A stretch of DNA of 64,000 bases from an uncultured Planctomycetaceae bacterium (GTDB taxonomy: Bacteria > Planctomycetota > Planctomycetia > Isosphaerales > Isosphaeraceae), in the NCBI GenBank assembly GCA_963833985.1, contig CAWIAD010000002.1, forward strand, positions 4,224,001-4,288,000, in the 5' to 3' direction. Both the position numbers and the translations under genes were made by a program. The notes under the pieces were generated by a model, which had not been told where the DNA came from, searched no databases, and worked only from the letters and a program-made list of their open reading frames with translations. This document shows positions 30,924 to 41,655 of this stretch, one piece after another (positions within the stretch are counted from its first letter, which is position 1; every line of letters begins with the position of its first letter).

Positions 30924-32555
30924 CCCGCTCCGCGCCGACCCAGCGCGCTGCGGCCCACCAGCCGCGATCGCTGGATCGGGCTGCTCCTCCCCGGGTCAAT
31001 CCCTGGATCGTCGCCATCACGGTCACCCTGGCCACGTTCATGGAGGTGCTCGACACCTCGATCGCGAACGTCGCCTTGCCGCACATTGCCGGCTCGCTCT
31101 CCGCGGGCCGCAGCCAGAGCACCTGGGTGCTCACCAGCTACCTGGTGGCCAACGCGATCGTCCTGCCGATCTCGGGCTGGCTGATCGGCATGTTCGGCCG
31201 CAAACGCTTCTACATGACCTGCGTGGCGCTTTTCACCATCAGTTCGGCCCTTTGCGGCGCAGCACCGAGCCTGGAACTGCTGATCTTCTTCCGCATCCTT
31301 CAAGGCGCAGGCGGTGGCGGGCTGCAACCGTCGGAGCAGGGAATCCTGGTGGACACCTTTCCGCTCCAGCAGCGCGGCATGGCGATGGCAATCTACGGCG
31401 TGGCCGTCGTCGTGGCACCGATCCTGGGCCCGACCGTCGGCGGCTGGATCACCGATAACTACTCGTGGCGCTGGATCTTTTACATCAATGTTCCGATCGG
31501 CATCCTCTCGCTGTTCCTGACCAGTATGATCGTCCACGATCCGCCCCAGATGACCGAGGAGATCGCCCGGAATCGCCGCAAGGGCTGGAACATCGACTAC
31601 GTGGGCCTGTCGCTGGCAGCCCTCGGGTTCGGCTCCCTGGAGGTCGTTTACGCCAAGGGCCAGGAATGGGACTGGCTGGGCGACCCCTTCTACCGCGCAG
31701 GCTTTCCTGGCGATGACGTTGATTGGACTGGCGTGCCTGGTGATCTGGGAGCTGCGCCATCCCGACCCGATTCTCAATCTGCGCCTGCTGGGCGAGCGCA
31801 ATTTCGCCGTTTGCGGACTGCTCATGTACCTTTCCTTCGCGGCACTGTACGGCAGTAATGTGAACCTGCCCCAGATGCTCCAGGAGCTCTTCGGTTACGA
31901 TGCCACGCGTGCGGGGCTGATCATGTCGCCCGCGGCGTTCTTCACCATGGCCGCCATGCCCGTGGTCGGGTTCATGCTGGGCAAGGGAGTGGATGCCCGT
32001 TACATGCTTCCCTTCGGATTGGTCTGCGTGGCCGGTTCTTCCTACTGGTCGGCCCACCTCAACCTGGATGCGTCTCCCTTCACCATCGTGGCGCCCCGCT
32101 GCTTGCTCATGCTCGGGGTCGGCTTCCTGTTCGTACCGCTGAACAACGCAGCCTACCTTTACCTGCCGAAGGGCCAGATCAACAACGCCACGGGCCTGTT
32201 CAACATGCTGCGCAACGAGGGAGGATCGCTGGGAATCGCCATCGCCGCGACGATGCTCGACCGCCGGGCTCAGCTCCACCAGCTCCGGCTGGCGGAGCAT
32301 ATCGTGCCGACCAACCCCTGGCTGGACCGCACCGTTGAGCAGCTCAGCGGGCTGCGCATGCTGCGGGGAGGGGTCTCGTCGATCAGCGGGCACGACCAGG
32401 CCATGGGACTGGTCTCCAGCATGGTGCGCCAGCAGGGCCGCCTCATGGCCTATCTCGATGTCTTCTGGCTCTTCTGGATCATCGTCCTGGCGACGATTCC
32501 CGTGGTGTTCTTGCTCAAGAAGTCCGTGGCACGAGGCGAGCTGGCCGCACACTGA
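30920..32555 (+). CDS. DHA2 (EmrB/QacA) MFS efflux permease (frameshift ~31697)
   Basis: LATFMEVLDTSIANVALPHIAG, WVLTSYLVANAI, WRWIFYINVPIG. Continues in ORF 31713-32555 (ATGLFNMLRNEGGSLG). Confidence 0.88.
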
Positions 32556-32830
32556 GAGGCTCTGCCCAGCGGGGCGCAGCGTGTCGCGCGAATCTCGTCC
32601 GCATCACGGATCGAGTGTTCCCGATCCCGTCAATAAAACCGCGCCGGCACCTGGCCAGTGGCACTGAGCAGCCCTCGGCACATTCCAGGCTCTCGGATGC
32701 AAAGTCTTTCAGGATACGAACGAAGCAACGGAACGGCAGAGCCGGGAAGGGCCGTTGACGAAACGCCCGGACAGAGGCGGGGCAGCATCGAGCATGTTCC
32801 GAAATGAAACTCATCAAGAATCGCGAGCAC

Positions 32831-32846
32831 TGGCACGCAGCTTGCT
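32831..32846 (+). promoter_or_regulatory. Putative sigma54 -24/-12 promoter upstream of csbD-like gene
   Basis: Perfect consensus TGGCACG-CAGC-TTGCT in the intergenic region. Confidence 0.7.
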
Positions 32847-33049
32847 CCTCTCTCCTGATGTTTCATTGGGCGTGCATCAACTCTGGGGCGCCATGGTTCC
32901 TCGCGATAAAGGGAACCGACGCTCCGGGTCAGGTCAGGGACGATCAGAGACGATGTTCCATCCAGGAGCGCGTGCTCAATCGGTTTGAGCCGTGCGGCGC
33001 CACGCAGGAATTGCGAGCCAATTCCGCTCACATTGAGGAGGTTGCGACG

Positions 33050-33493
33050 ATGGCGATCAATGTTCAGGGGCTGCAAGGCCACTGGAATGAGCTCAAGGGG
33101 GAAGTGAAGAAGCGCTGGGGACAGCTCAGCGAGGACGACCTGAAGTGGTCTGGTGGCAACATCGACCAGCTCGTGGGCCGGATCCAGCAGCGGACGGGCG
33201 AGACGCGTGACGCGATCGAGAAGTACCTGGACCAGTTGACCTCGCACGGCGGCTCCGCGGTCTCCAGCGCTGTCGAGTCGGTCGGCTCGTACGCCCAGCA
33301 GGTTTCCCACAGGCTGCGCGACCATTACGGCGACATGTCCGAGCAGGCTCAGGAAGGATACGTGACGGCGCGCGATTACGTGAGCCGCAATCCGATGCCG
33401 TGGATTGGCCTGGCCTTCGGCCTGGGCGTGCTGACGGGCGTCCTCATGGGCGGCAGCAGCCACTCGAGTTCATCACACCGCCGCTATTTCTGA
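33050..33493 (+). CDS. CsbD-family stress protein with ElaB/DUF883-like C-terminal membrane anchor
   Basis: GAGGAGG RBS. LQGHWNELKGEVKKRWGQLSEDDL...LVGRIQQRTG, then YVSRNP...GLAFGLGVLTG. Confidence 0.88.
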   Translation: MAINVQGLQGHWNELKGEVKKRWGQLSEDDLKWSGGNIDQLVGRIQQRTGETRDAIEKYLDQLTSHGGSAVSSAVESVGSYAQQVSHRLRDHYGDMSEQAQEGYVTARDYVSRNPMPWIGLAFGLGVLTGVLMGGSSHSSSSHRRYF

Positions 33494-33643
33494 GCGTGCG
33501 GAATGGCACTCAGCCCCGGTCGTGTCTCTCAAGAGCGTTGTGGTCGGCCTTGCCGCTGAGGATCAGGAAGGTCTTGATCCGTTCGGCGAGCGCCGACCTT
33601 CTTTTTGCCCCTGGCATGCCATTCTCAAGAAGGAGAAATCCCC

Positions 33644-33823
33644 ATGTTGCGGTTGGCCATCCTCTTCGCGGTCATCGCGATCGTTGCAGCGGGCCTTGGT
33701 TTTTACGGGCTGAGCGACGTCTCGGCCAATTTTGCCAAGTTCTTCGCGCTCATCTTCGCCGTCCTGTTCGTGGTGGCTCTCATTGCCGGAGCACGCATCT
33801 TCGGCGGACCATCGACGGTCTAG
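33644..33823 (+). CDS. DUF1328 (UPF0391) small membrane protein
   Basis: AAGGAG RBS. MLRLAILFAVIAIVAAGLGFYGL...AKFFALIFAVLFVVALI. Confidence 0.85.
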   Translation: MLRLAILFAVIAIVAAGLGFYGLSDVSANFAKFFALIFAVLFVVALIAGARIFGGPSTV

Positions 33824-33994
33824 CTTGTGCTGGGCCGTCGTTCCGGTGACCATGAGACGCAATTGCAGCAAGCCATGGAGGCCTCGCCGCTGACAGGCGA
33901 GGTCGCGTGAAGACCCGGCGCCGGTGGCGGCCCGGTCTTGGGCTCCAGGCCGGTGAGCCATCTGATCGGTCAGGACTGCCTGGCTTCGCCGGTG

Positions 33995-34828
33995 CTAACC
34001 CGGCCCGTTCTCGTTGCGCTTGCTTCGTGGCTTGCTGCTTCTGTGCGTTCCTCTGGAAACCTCTGGCATATCGTGCTCGTGGCGGTCCAGCTCGCACCAG
34101 GGACCGTGGCTGCGGAACCGTGGCTCAGGGAGAGCCTCGGCGAGTTCCAGCGCCTCTGCGCGATCCAGATCGTCGATCCGAGTGCCAGCTCCGCGGAAGA
34201 TTTGCAGGCCGCGCTGGCGCGCGATGATCTCGCGCCGGGTCCTTCCCTCCGGTGCGTCCGGCCATGGCCCCTCCTGGTCTCGCAGCGCGAAGAAATGCGG
34301 GATCACCCGCACCATGTAGTTCCAGTAATCCGGGTTATCGGTCTGGACGACGAACGTCCCTGAGGCCGCCAGCACCCGGTGAACGTCGGCCAGGAACCGC
34401 GGTGTGACGAGCCGTCGGTGCGCTTGACGCGGCTGATGATAGGGCTGAGGATGGTAGAGGTGAACCTCGGCGACCGAGCCGTCGGCGACGTAGGTGCCAA
34501 GGAAGTTCTGCGCGTCCTTGACGATGAAGCGCACGTGGTGCAGCCCGCGCTGGTTGGCTCTCCTCGTGGCGTAACGGATCACCATGGGCAGCTCATCGAC
34601 GGCGCAGTGGTTGAGCTCCGGGCGTGCCACCGCACTGCCGAGTGTGAAGCGTCCATTGCCGCAGCCGAGATCAAGCACAACCGGGGCGTTGCGGCCGAAG
34701 AGTGCGGCCCAGTCCAGCGGCCCCTGTTCCGGAAGCCGTTTCACGGCCGTCCGAGCCCACTCCGCCGGGGGCAGGATGCGGCCGGGAATCGCTACGCCAA
34801 GCTCGTATTCTCGTTCCGAAGGTTGCAT
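33995..34828 (-). CDS. trmB: tRNA (guanine-N7)-methyltransferase TrmB-like
   Basis: LFGRNAPVVLDLGCGNGRF, HPQPY...HRRLV, QTDNPDY, T-R-R-E motif. Confidence 0.78.
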   Translation of the reverse strand: MQPSEREYELGVAIPGRILPPAEWARTAVKRLPEQGPLDWAALFGRNAPVVLDLGCGNGRFTLGSAVARPELNHCAVDELPMVIRYATRRANQRGLHHVRFIVKDAQNFLGTYVADGSVAEVHLYHPQPYHQPRQAHRRLVTPRFLADVHRVLAASGTFVVQTDNPDYWNYMVRVIPHFFALRDQEGPWPDAPEGRTRREIIARQRGLQIFRGAGTRIDDLDRAEALELAEALPEPRFRSHGPWCELDRHEHDMPEVSRGTHRSSKPRSKRNENGPG

Positions 34829-34957
34829 GAGTCGCTCGCGAGTGTGGCACGTGGTGCCTGACCGCCAGGGTTCCGGGTCCGCATGCCTTCCGCTATCCTT
34901 GTGTCAGGTCCCAGGGCGGCAAACCGAACAGCTCCGTGGTCTGGAGGTCACGCCAGG

Positions 34958-35326
34958 ATGAGCCGGTCCTCAATCCTCACACAACTGATGGACATCATCA
35001 ACGAGCGCAGGCGGAATCCCGATGCAGCGACCTCCTACGTCGCCGGACTGATGACGGCGGGCGTCCCGCGAATCGGCGAGAAGATCGTCGAGGAAGCGTC
35101 AGAGGTGGTCGAGGCCGGCGGCGAGCCGGGCGAGGCAGGGAGGGAGCATTTGGTCAAGGAAGTTGCCGATCTTGTCTTTCACGCGATGGTGCTGCTGGGA
35201 TACCGTGATCTGCACTGGGACGACGTGGAGGCGGAGCTGGGCCGACGGGCGGGAATCAGCGGGCTGGCGGAAAAAGCCGCACGGTCACGTGCCAGCGGCG
35301 AGGCGAACGTGGCGAGCGGCGACTGA
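34958..35326 (+). CDS. hisE: Phosphoribosyl-ATP diphosphatase
   Basis: SYVAGL...KIVEEASEV...EVADLVFH...ELGRR.G.SGL.EKA.R. Confidence 0.93.
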   Translation: MSRSSILTQLMDIINERRRNPDAATSYVAGLMTAGVPRIGEKIVEEASEVVEAGGEPGEAGREHLVKEVADLVFHAMVLLGYRDLHWDDVEAELGRRAGISGLAEKAARSRASGEANVASGD

Positions 35327-35388
35327 ACCGTGACGATGCGCAAACCAGCGATGGCGAGCGAATCCGGGGATGTGAGACGGAGGGGTTC

Positions 35389-38300
35389 ATGATTCCAGTG
35401 CGGTGCCGGACGGGGGTCAGATCAGGGTCCATGCGGCTCGGTTTCGTCGGGCTGGCAGCAGTGATCGGGCTGGCGACGGTTTTCTTCCCTCGGGCGTCCA
35501 CGGCCCAGCAAGAGGCCACGACGCCGCACTGGATCTGGCGTGCCGATCCCGGGAATCCGCAGGCGCGGACGTTCCCGGCGCAGACCTGCTACTTCCGCAA
35601 GACGTTCAGCGTCAAGGAAGTCTCGCGGCTGGCCATTGACATCACCGCCGACAACGCCTTCACGAGCTTCCTCGATGGAAAGCCGGTGGCCGAAGGAATC
35701 GACTGGAACACTCCCCAGCATGTGGCGGCCACCATTGGCATTGGCCCTCACGTCCTGGCCGTCCGGGCATCGAACGAGGGTCCGGGACCGGCTGGATTGC
35801 TGGTGCGGGGAGGCGTTCTGCCACTCGGCCAGGGAGTACCGATCCAGAGCAATGCGACGTGGCGAACCGCCGCCCTTGTCCCTGACGGCGAGAGCTGGAC
35901 CCGCCTGAATTTTGATGAGAGCGAGTGGAGCCGTGCCCTCGACCTGGGTGCCCTGGGCATCGACCCCTGGGGACGTCTGGCTGTTGAGGGTGACGACCCT
36001 TCCAGCCGTTACCGCGTGCCGGAAGGCTTCGCCATCGAGACGGCGGCACCTCCTTCGTTGACCGGCTCGGTCGTCGCGTTCACCTTTGATCCCGCCGGCT
36101 TGCCTTGCGTTTCCGTCGAGCGCGGGCCAATCGTGCGGCTCTTCGATGACGACCACGACGGCCATTACGACCGCCGCCAGACGATCACGCCCCAGATGAA
36201 CAACTGCCAGGGGCTCTCCTTCATCAGGGACCATCTCTACGCTGTAGGCGATGGCCCGAACGGCACGGGTTTGTACCGGCTCGACGACCGCGACCAGAAT
36301 GGCGTGTACGAACATACCGAGCTGGTGCGCGGGACGAACGGCGGCATGGGTGAGCATGGTCCGCATGCGGTGGCCCAGGGACCCGACGGCAAGCTCTATT
36401 ACAACAACGGCAACCACGCCCATTTGAAGCCCCCCGTCGATCCGGCCAGCCCGGTGAACATCGCCTACGAGGGCGAGCTGCTGCCGCACTTCAACGACTC
36501 GCGCGGGCATGCGGCCGGGATCATGGCGCCCGGTGGCGAGATCTACCGCAGCGATGACGAGGGCCGCACCTGGAAACGGGTCGCAGCGGGTTTCCGCAAC
36601 GAGTACGACTTCGCCTTCAACCGGGACGGCGAGCTGTTCTCCTTCGACAGCGACATGGAGTGGGACGTCGGCCTTCCCTGGTACCGTCCCGTCCGGGTCG
36701 TGCATTGCCCGCTGGGCGTCGAGTTCGGCTGGCGCAACGGCTCGGGCAAGTGGCCGACGTACAACTTCGACAGCCTGCCGGCGATCCTCGACGTCGGCCG
36801 CGGCAGCCCCACCGGTGTGACCTTCTACCAGGCATCCCAGTTCCCGGCGGACTACCACGACCGGTTCCTCATCTGCGACTGGTCGCAGGGGCGGATCCTG
36901 GCTGTGAAAGCTGAGCCGGAGGGGGCCGGCTACAAGGCCTCCGCGACGGAGCTGGTGACCGGCCAGCCGCTGAACTGCACGGACATCGAGGTCGGTCCTG
37001 AAGGCGCCGTGTACTTCACCACCGGCGGCCGGGGCACGCAGGGCGGGCTCTACCGCGTGCGCTCAACTCGGAACACAGCCCGGCCCAGGATGGGCGCGGT
37101 GGAGGCGCCCTGGATCCAGGCGATTCACCTTGATTCTCCCCTGGCGAGCTTCTCTCTGCGCCAGGCCGCGGACCTGCGCCGGAAATCCGGGGCCGAATGG
37201 GATCGGGAGCTGATTGCCGAGGTCCGCGACGTGAGCCGGATGCGCTCGCCCCAGCACCGCGTCCGGGCGCTCGAGCTGCTCTGCCAGGTCGGTCCAGAAC
37301 CCTCCGAGGAGCTGCTCCGAGAGCTGGCCGCCGATCACGAGGTGCGAGTTCGGGCCCGGGCCGTGAGCTTGCTGGGCCTGCACGCGACTCCCCAAGCACG
37401 CACCACACTGACGGAGGCGCTGTCCGACGCCAGTCCGATCGTCCGCCGCCACGCTTGCGAGAGCCTGATGCAGCAGCCGGCCGCGGAGATTCCCGTCGGC
37501 AAGCTGATACCGCTGCTGGCGGATGCCGACCGCTTCATCCGATTTGCCGCACGCATCGCCATCGAGCACGGAGAACTGCTCAGCCACCGCGATCGGCTAC
37601 TCACCCTCGAGAACCCGCGCATGAGCGTGCAGGCCATGCTTGCCGTTGTCCGCGGCACGCGACTGGTACGGGACGACCAGCAAAAGCTCTTGAGCCGCGA
37701 GATCGCCCAGCTCGCCAGCGGGCCTGAACCCGGGGTCGGGCTCGACCTGTTGCGGCTCATCGGTCTGACCATCCTGCTGGGACCCGAGAAGGCGGATGCG
37801 GGGCCGCTGGCTGCCTTGAAGCCTCTCTTGCTCGCACGCTTCTCGACCTCCGCCGATTCCCCGGCCAATCGCGAGACCGCAAGGCTGCTGGCGTTCCTCG
37901 ATGAGCCAGGCGCGGTCAAGCTCATCCTGGAGCACCAGTCGCGGGTCGCCGATCACCAGTCCCAGATTCACGACGCCTACTGCTTGCGGGCCCTGAAGCA
38001 CGGCTGGACGAGCCGGGACAAGCAGCAGCTCTGGTCCTGGTTCCAGGCCGCAAGCCAGTGGGAGGGCGGATACAGCTTCGCCGGCTACCTCGATTACATG
38101 ATCCAGGATCTGACCGCGCTGCTTACCGAGCCGGAGCGAAGCCAGTACCTGGCGCACGGCGAGCAGTTTCCGTTCCCCACGCGGGTGCTGGTGCGCGAAC
38201 AGCACATCGACCAGAATCCCCGCAGCGTCGCGGCAATTGTCGCGCTCTACGGCCGCGTGATCGCTGGGCCGCAGGCGGGTGCCCAGGGCCAGGACCTGTG

Positions 38301-39252
38301 CGCGGCAATCCTTGAAAAACTGGGCAGAAGCACGTCCGGGGAGGCCCACTCGGCCCTCCGCACGCTGATCGCCAGCGACCCCTCCCGGCGCGATCAACTG
38401 GCGCGGGCGATCGCGGATCATCCGTCGGAATCGGATCTTCCCATTTTGGTCAGTGCGCTGACGTCCACCGATCCTAACACCACCAGTCTGGTCATCCGCG
38501 CCTTGCGGCGGATCGACGCCAGCCCCCAGGGGCCGGAGGCCCTGGCCAACCTGATTCGCCTGGCACGGCGCACCGGCCCGTCCAGCCGGCGTTTTCTCGA
38601 CGAGCTCGCGGGCCGCTGGACCGGCGTGAGCCGGCCGTCTGCTGCGAACAGCTTCGATCAGGCGCTGCGAGCCTGGGAAGACGCTTACCGCAAGCGCTAT
38701 CCGACGGCCCCTGCCCTGACCGCCGTGGAGACGCCCGGCGCCCACGCGTACGACCTGCCCCAACTGATCGGAAACGTCCTGCAAGGTGAAGTGCGGAAGA
38801 CGGCCTCGCCGGCACGTGGGGCGGAGGTGATCACACGGGCCCGCTGCCTGGACTGCCACAAGTTCGGCGACAAGGGCGCTGGGCTGGGCCCGGACCTGAC
38901 CACCGTGAACAGCCGTTTCCGTCCCACCGAGATCGTCGAATCGATCGTCATGCCCTCCAAGGTGATCTCCGACCAGTACAGGTCGGTCACCGTGGCCACG
39001 CAGGACGGCAAGCTCTACGCGGGCATGCCGATCGTCAGCGACGGACCGAATCTCGTGCTGCTGCTGTCGGACGGGACCAAGACCACCATCCCCAAGTCGG
39101 AGATCGAGGAGCAAAAAGCCTCGGCGATCTCGGTCATGCCGGAAGGCCTGCTGAATGCGTTGAGCTACCAGGAGATCGCGGATCTGCTGGCGCTCTTCGA
39201 TTCCATGCCGCGCGTGGCAACGCCCGCGGACGCGGCCGCGAAGGGGAAGTGA
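35389..39252 (+). CDS. PVC-type heme-binding CxxCH protein (sugar-binding-like N-domain, beta-propeller dehydrogenase-like domain, HEAT repeats, cytochrome c)
   Basis: VPEGFAIE, EHGPH, GFRNEYD, DSDMEWD, GRGSPTG, HEAT region, CLDCHKFG...GPDLT...SVMPEGL. The start could be 35431. Confidence 0.88.
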   Translation: MIPVRCRTGVRSGSMRLGFVGLAAVIGLATVFFPRASTAQQEATTPHWIWRADPGNPQARTFPAQTCYFRKTFSVKEVSRLAIDITADNAFTSFLDGKPVAEGIDWNTPQHVAATIGIGPHVLAVRASNEGPGPAGLLVRGGVLPLGQGVPIQSNATWRTAALVPDGESWTRLNFDESEWSRALDLGALGIDPWGRLAVEGDDPSSRYRVPEGFAIETAAPPSLTGSVVAFTFDPAGLPCVSVERGPIVRLFDDDHDGHYDRRQTITPQMNNCQGLSFIRDHLYAVGDGPNGTGLYRLDDRDQNGVYEHTELVRGTNGGMGEHGPHAVAQGPDGKLYYNNGNHAHLKPPVDPASPVNIAYEGELLPHFNDSRGHAAGIMAPGGEIYRSDDEGRTWKRVAAGFRNEYDFAFNRDGELFSFDSDMEWDVGLPWYRPVRVVHCPLGVEFGWRNGSGKWPTYNFDSLPAILDVGRGSPTGVTFYQASQFPADYHDRFLICDWSQGRILAVKAEPEGAGYKASATELVTGQPLNCTDIEVGPEGAVYFTTGGRGTQGGLYRVRSTRNTARPRMGAVEAPWIQAIHLDSPLASFSLRQAADLRRKSGAEWDRELIAEVRDVSRMRSPQHRVRALELLCQVGPEPSEELLRELAADHEVRVRARAVSLLGLHATPQARTTLTEALSDASPIVRRHACESLMQQPAAEIPVGKLIPLLADADRFIRFAARIAIEHGELLSHRDRLLTLENPRMSVQAMLAVVRGTRLVRDDQQKLLSREIAQLASGPEPGVGLDLLRLIGLTILLGPEKADAGPLAALKPLLLARFSTSADSPANRETARLLAFLDEPGAVKLILEHQSRVADHQSQIHDAYCLRALKHGWTSRDKQQLWSWFQAASQWEGGYSFAGYLDYMIQDLTALLTEPERSQYLAHGEQFPFPTRVLVREQHIDQNPRSVAAIVALYGRVIAGPQAGAQGQDLCAAILEKLGRSTSGEAHSALRTLIASDPSRRDQLARAIADHPSESDLPILVSALTSTDPNTTSLVIRALRRIDASPQGPEALANLIRLARRTGPSSRRFLDELAGRWTGVSRPSAANSFDQALRAWEDAYRKRYPTAPALTAVETPGAHAYDLPQLIGNVLQGEVRKTASPARGAEVITRARCLDCHKFGDKGAGLGPDLTTVNSRFRPTEIVESIVMPSKVISDQYRSVTVATQDGKLYAGMPIVSDGPNLVLLLSDGTKTTIPKSEIEEQKASAISVMPEGLLNALSYQEIADLLALFDSMPRVATPADAAAKGK

Positions 39253-39409
39253 CGGCAATTTGGAGCGGACGTGGGTTGAACCCGAGAGTTCGCTTCGAGC
39301 AGGTCCTCCCTGCGGCTCCCCCCTGCGCGATCCACATTGACAGGGTCAAGGAAGGTCTTACCCTGAACCGAGCGACCGCGGACCTATCATCACCGGCAAG
39401 GGGACTCAC

Positions 39410-40414
39410 ATGCGCTCGCTTCGTCGGCCGCAAGGGGAACGGGCCTTCACCCTGATCGAGGTGCTGGCGGTCATCGTCATCGTCGGTGTCTTGGTCGGCC
39501 TGCTGCTGCCCGCCGTTCAGGCGGCGCGCGAGGGGGCTCGCCGGGTCCAGTGTCAAAACAACCTGAAACAGATCGGCCTGGCACTGCACGGGTATCATGA
39601 CGCGTGGTACACCTTCCCGCCGGCTTATCTGGCCGCGTACTCGGTGCCACCGGACCCGCCGGCCCCGGGTCTTGAGCTCGGTGCGGGCTGGGCGTGGGGG
39701 ACGCTGATCCTGCCCTACCTGGAGCAGAGGCCGGTGTACGATGCCGCGAACTTCGACTTCGGATTCGGCAGCGCTGATTCGACCGACCCCCGCGGTCTCC
39801 TTGGCCTGAGTGTAAACCGGACCGTGATGCAGATCAGTGTCTCCACGTTCCTTTGCCCGAGCGCCGGGGGCGGCGAGGGGCCGATTGACCTGGGTTACGA
39901 TTCGGCCCACGTCTTCGGCTCTCCGGGCCACTACATCGCCTCGGCAGGCTGGATGGACTCCTCACGGTCGCCGGTCCACGGCACGGGCGTACTTTACCCG
40001 AACAGCGGAACCGCCATCGGTGATGTCAGCGACGGGACGAGCGCGACGCTTTTGATCGGTGAGCGATCGCGCAACCTCGCCGATGTCGCCTGGTCGGGCT
40101 CGCTCGGCAGCCGATCGTCACCCGCCCCGCTCTGCACCAAGGTGGGCTGGCCCGTCGAATCCTGCGTCGGTCTGATGTTCCTGCTCATGGGCAGGACGGG
40201 CCCTGCTGGCGACATCGTCAGTGGCGCCATCCCCATCGGCAACACGCCGAATCTTCAGGGGGCCGACGGCTTCGCGAGCCGGCACCCCGGCGGATGCCAG
40301 TTCCTGATCTGCGACGGCTCGGTCCGGTTCATCAAGGAGACACTGTCCCCTCAGGTCTTCCAGGCGCTCGCGACGCGAGCCGGCTGCGAGATCGTCGAGG
40401 CCGAGCAGTATTGA
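39410..40414 (+). CDS. DUF1559 prepilin-type N-terminal cleavage/methylation protein
   Basis: AFTLIEVL...LLLPAVQAAREGARRVQCQNNLKQIGLALH, DGTSAT, SRHPGGCQFLICDGSVRF (H-X9-DG). Confidence 0.93.
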   Translation: MRSLRRPQGERAFTLIEVLAVIVIVGVLVGLLLPAVQAAREGARRVQCQNNLKQIGLALHGYHDAWYTFPPAYLAAYSVPPDPPAPGLELGAGWAWGTLILPYLEQRPVYDAANFDFGFGSADSTDPRGLLGLSVNRTVMQISVSTFLCPSAGGGEGPIDLGYDSAHVFGSPGHYIASAGWMDSSRSPVHGTGVLYPNSGTAIGDVSDGTSATLLIGERSRNLADVAWSGSLGSRSSPAPLCTKVGWPVESCVGLMFLLMGRTGPAGDIVSGAIPIGNTPNLQGADGFASRHPGGCQFLICDGSVRFIKETLSPQVFQALATRAGCEIVEAEQY

Positions 40415-40663
40415 ACCCGGAAGGGAAATGCATCGGAAAGCCCGTGAGTCTTCCTATGGTGCGAAGAGTTTGGTCATATCCAGGCCGCCTCCGCCTATCC
40501 TGTCATCCATCCCGGGCGCGATGAGCGATGCCTTCTTCAATCGAGCAATGGCCTGAAGCGGTGTCAGCTCGGGCTCCTGAGATAACAGAGTGCCCGCGAC
40601 ACCCGCGACGATGGCGGTGGAGAAGCTTGTTCCTGGTCCCTTGGCTCGCTCATAGCCACTCAG

Positions 40664-41461
40664 TCACGTCGTGACTGTGGCATTCGCCTTACCTCCTCGC
40701 GCTTGCTGCTCGGCCCAGTCGCGGTCATCGGGCGCGAGAGGCAAGGTGAGCGGGACCAGGTAATGGACCGACTCCGCGTAAGGCGCACCGTCGTAGGTCT
40801 GGGCAAAGACAGTCTTGAGATCGAGAGGCACATCAGGATCGGGAACCGCCAGGGGGATCGGAATGGCGGGCAGCTCGCGCCGGATCGACCAGCCGTAGAC
40901 GTCGGAATCCGGGACGCGGTTTGCTCGTGACACGAATGCATAGTAGTCACCCGCAGGCAAGAGACCGCCCATCGGTGGCCGCTCGCCGCCAACCAGGAGG
41001 TCGACCTCGACGACGTTGACCGGTTGCCTGATCCACTGCTTCCGCTTCTCGATGTACTCGATCCGTCCCGAGCCCGACTTGTTCGTCGGCGAGAGGATTT
41101 CAATGACCGTCACGAGGGACCGATCGGGGAGCCTTCTGATCTCGATCCAGCGCTCGCGAATCTCTTCAAGATCCCCGAGCGCAAGAGGAACCGAGACCGG
41201 CTCCAGCGTCGCCAGCGCCCCTCGGGCCGGTGAGCCGGAGCCATGATCTGCGCGGAGAACCGCAAGATCAGCCCGGTAGGACTTTGGTCCTTCCAAGGAA
41301 AGATCTACCAGGCTGATGCGTTGTTCGATGAAGGCTCCATAGTTTCTGGGAAGAACGGCTGTCAGAGCCCTGCGGCAATCACCGAGGAGCGCGGAATGAA
41401 AATCTTCCCAGTAGCCCTGGCTCTCGAGATAGGGGTCCATTCCCGGGAAAGGGCTTGGCAT
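40664..41461 (-). CDS. DUF4058 family protein (restriction-endonuclease-like fold)
   Basis: MPSPFPGMDPYLE, VTVIEILSPTNK, VEVDLL, PAIPIPL. Confidence 0.9.
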   Translation of the reverse strand: MPSPFPGMDPYLESQGYWEDFHSALLGDCRRALTAVLPRNYGAFIEQRISLVDLSLEGPKSYRADLAVLRADHGSGSPARGALATLEPVSVPLALGDLEEIRERWIEIRRLPDRSLVTVIEILSPTNKSGSGRIEYIEKRKQWIRQPVNVVEVDLLVGGERPPMGGLLPAGDYYAFVSRANRVPDSDVYGWSIRRELPAIPIPLAVPDPDVPLDLKTVFAQTYDGAPYAESVHYLVPLTLPLAPDDRDWAEQQARGGKANATVTT

Positions 41462-41655
41462 CGGCAATTCGCCTCTCTGAACGGAAACCGGGTCATACTT
41501 GTCCGTATTGTATTCCAGTTGTCTGCCGCATGTCGTGGGACCCGGTTCAGCTTCCTGGTCCATGAGCCTGAGCTTGTCGCTGGCTGGTCTCCGAACATAG
41601 GATATTCAGGCAGAGTCGCTGCTTGGAGGGGTCGTATCGGGGTCGTCGACATCGC

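Noticed and set aside
29288..31858. Apparent 856-aa EmrA-EmrB fusion ORF
   Set aside because: Removing one base at ~30814 gives a normal EmrA ending in a TGA that overlaps the EmrB ATG (ATGA at 30920). The linker in the fused frame looks like off-frame sequence.
40664..41461. DUF4058 as a defence or mobile-element nuclease system
   Set aside because: It is a solitary member of a family commonly expanded in Planctomycetes, with no partner methylase, repeats or mobility signatures nearby.
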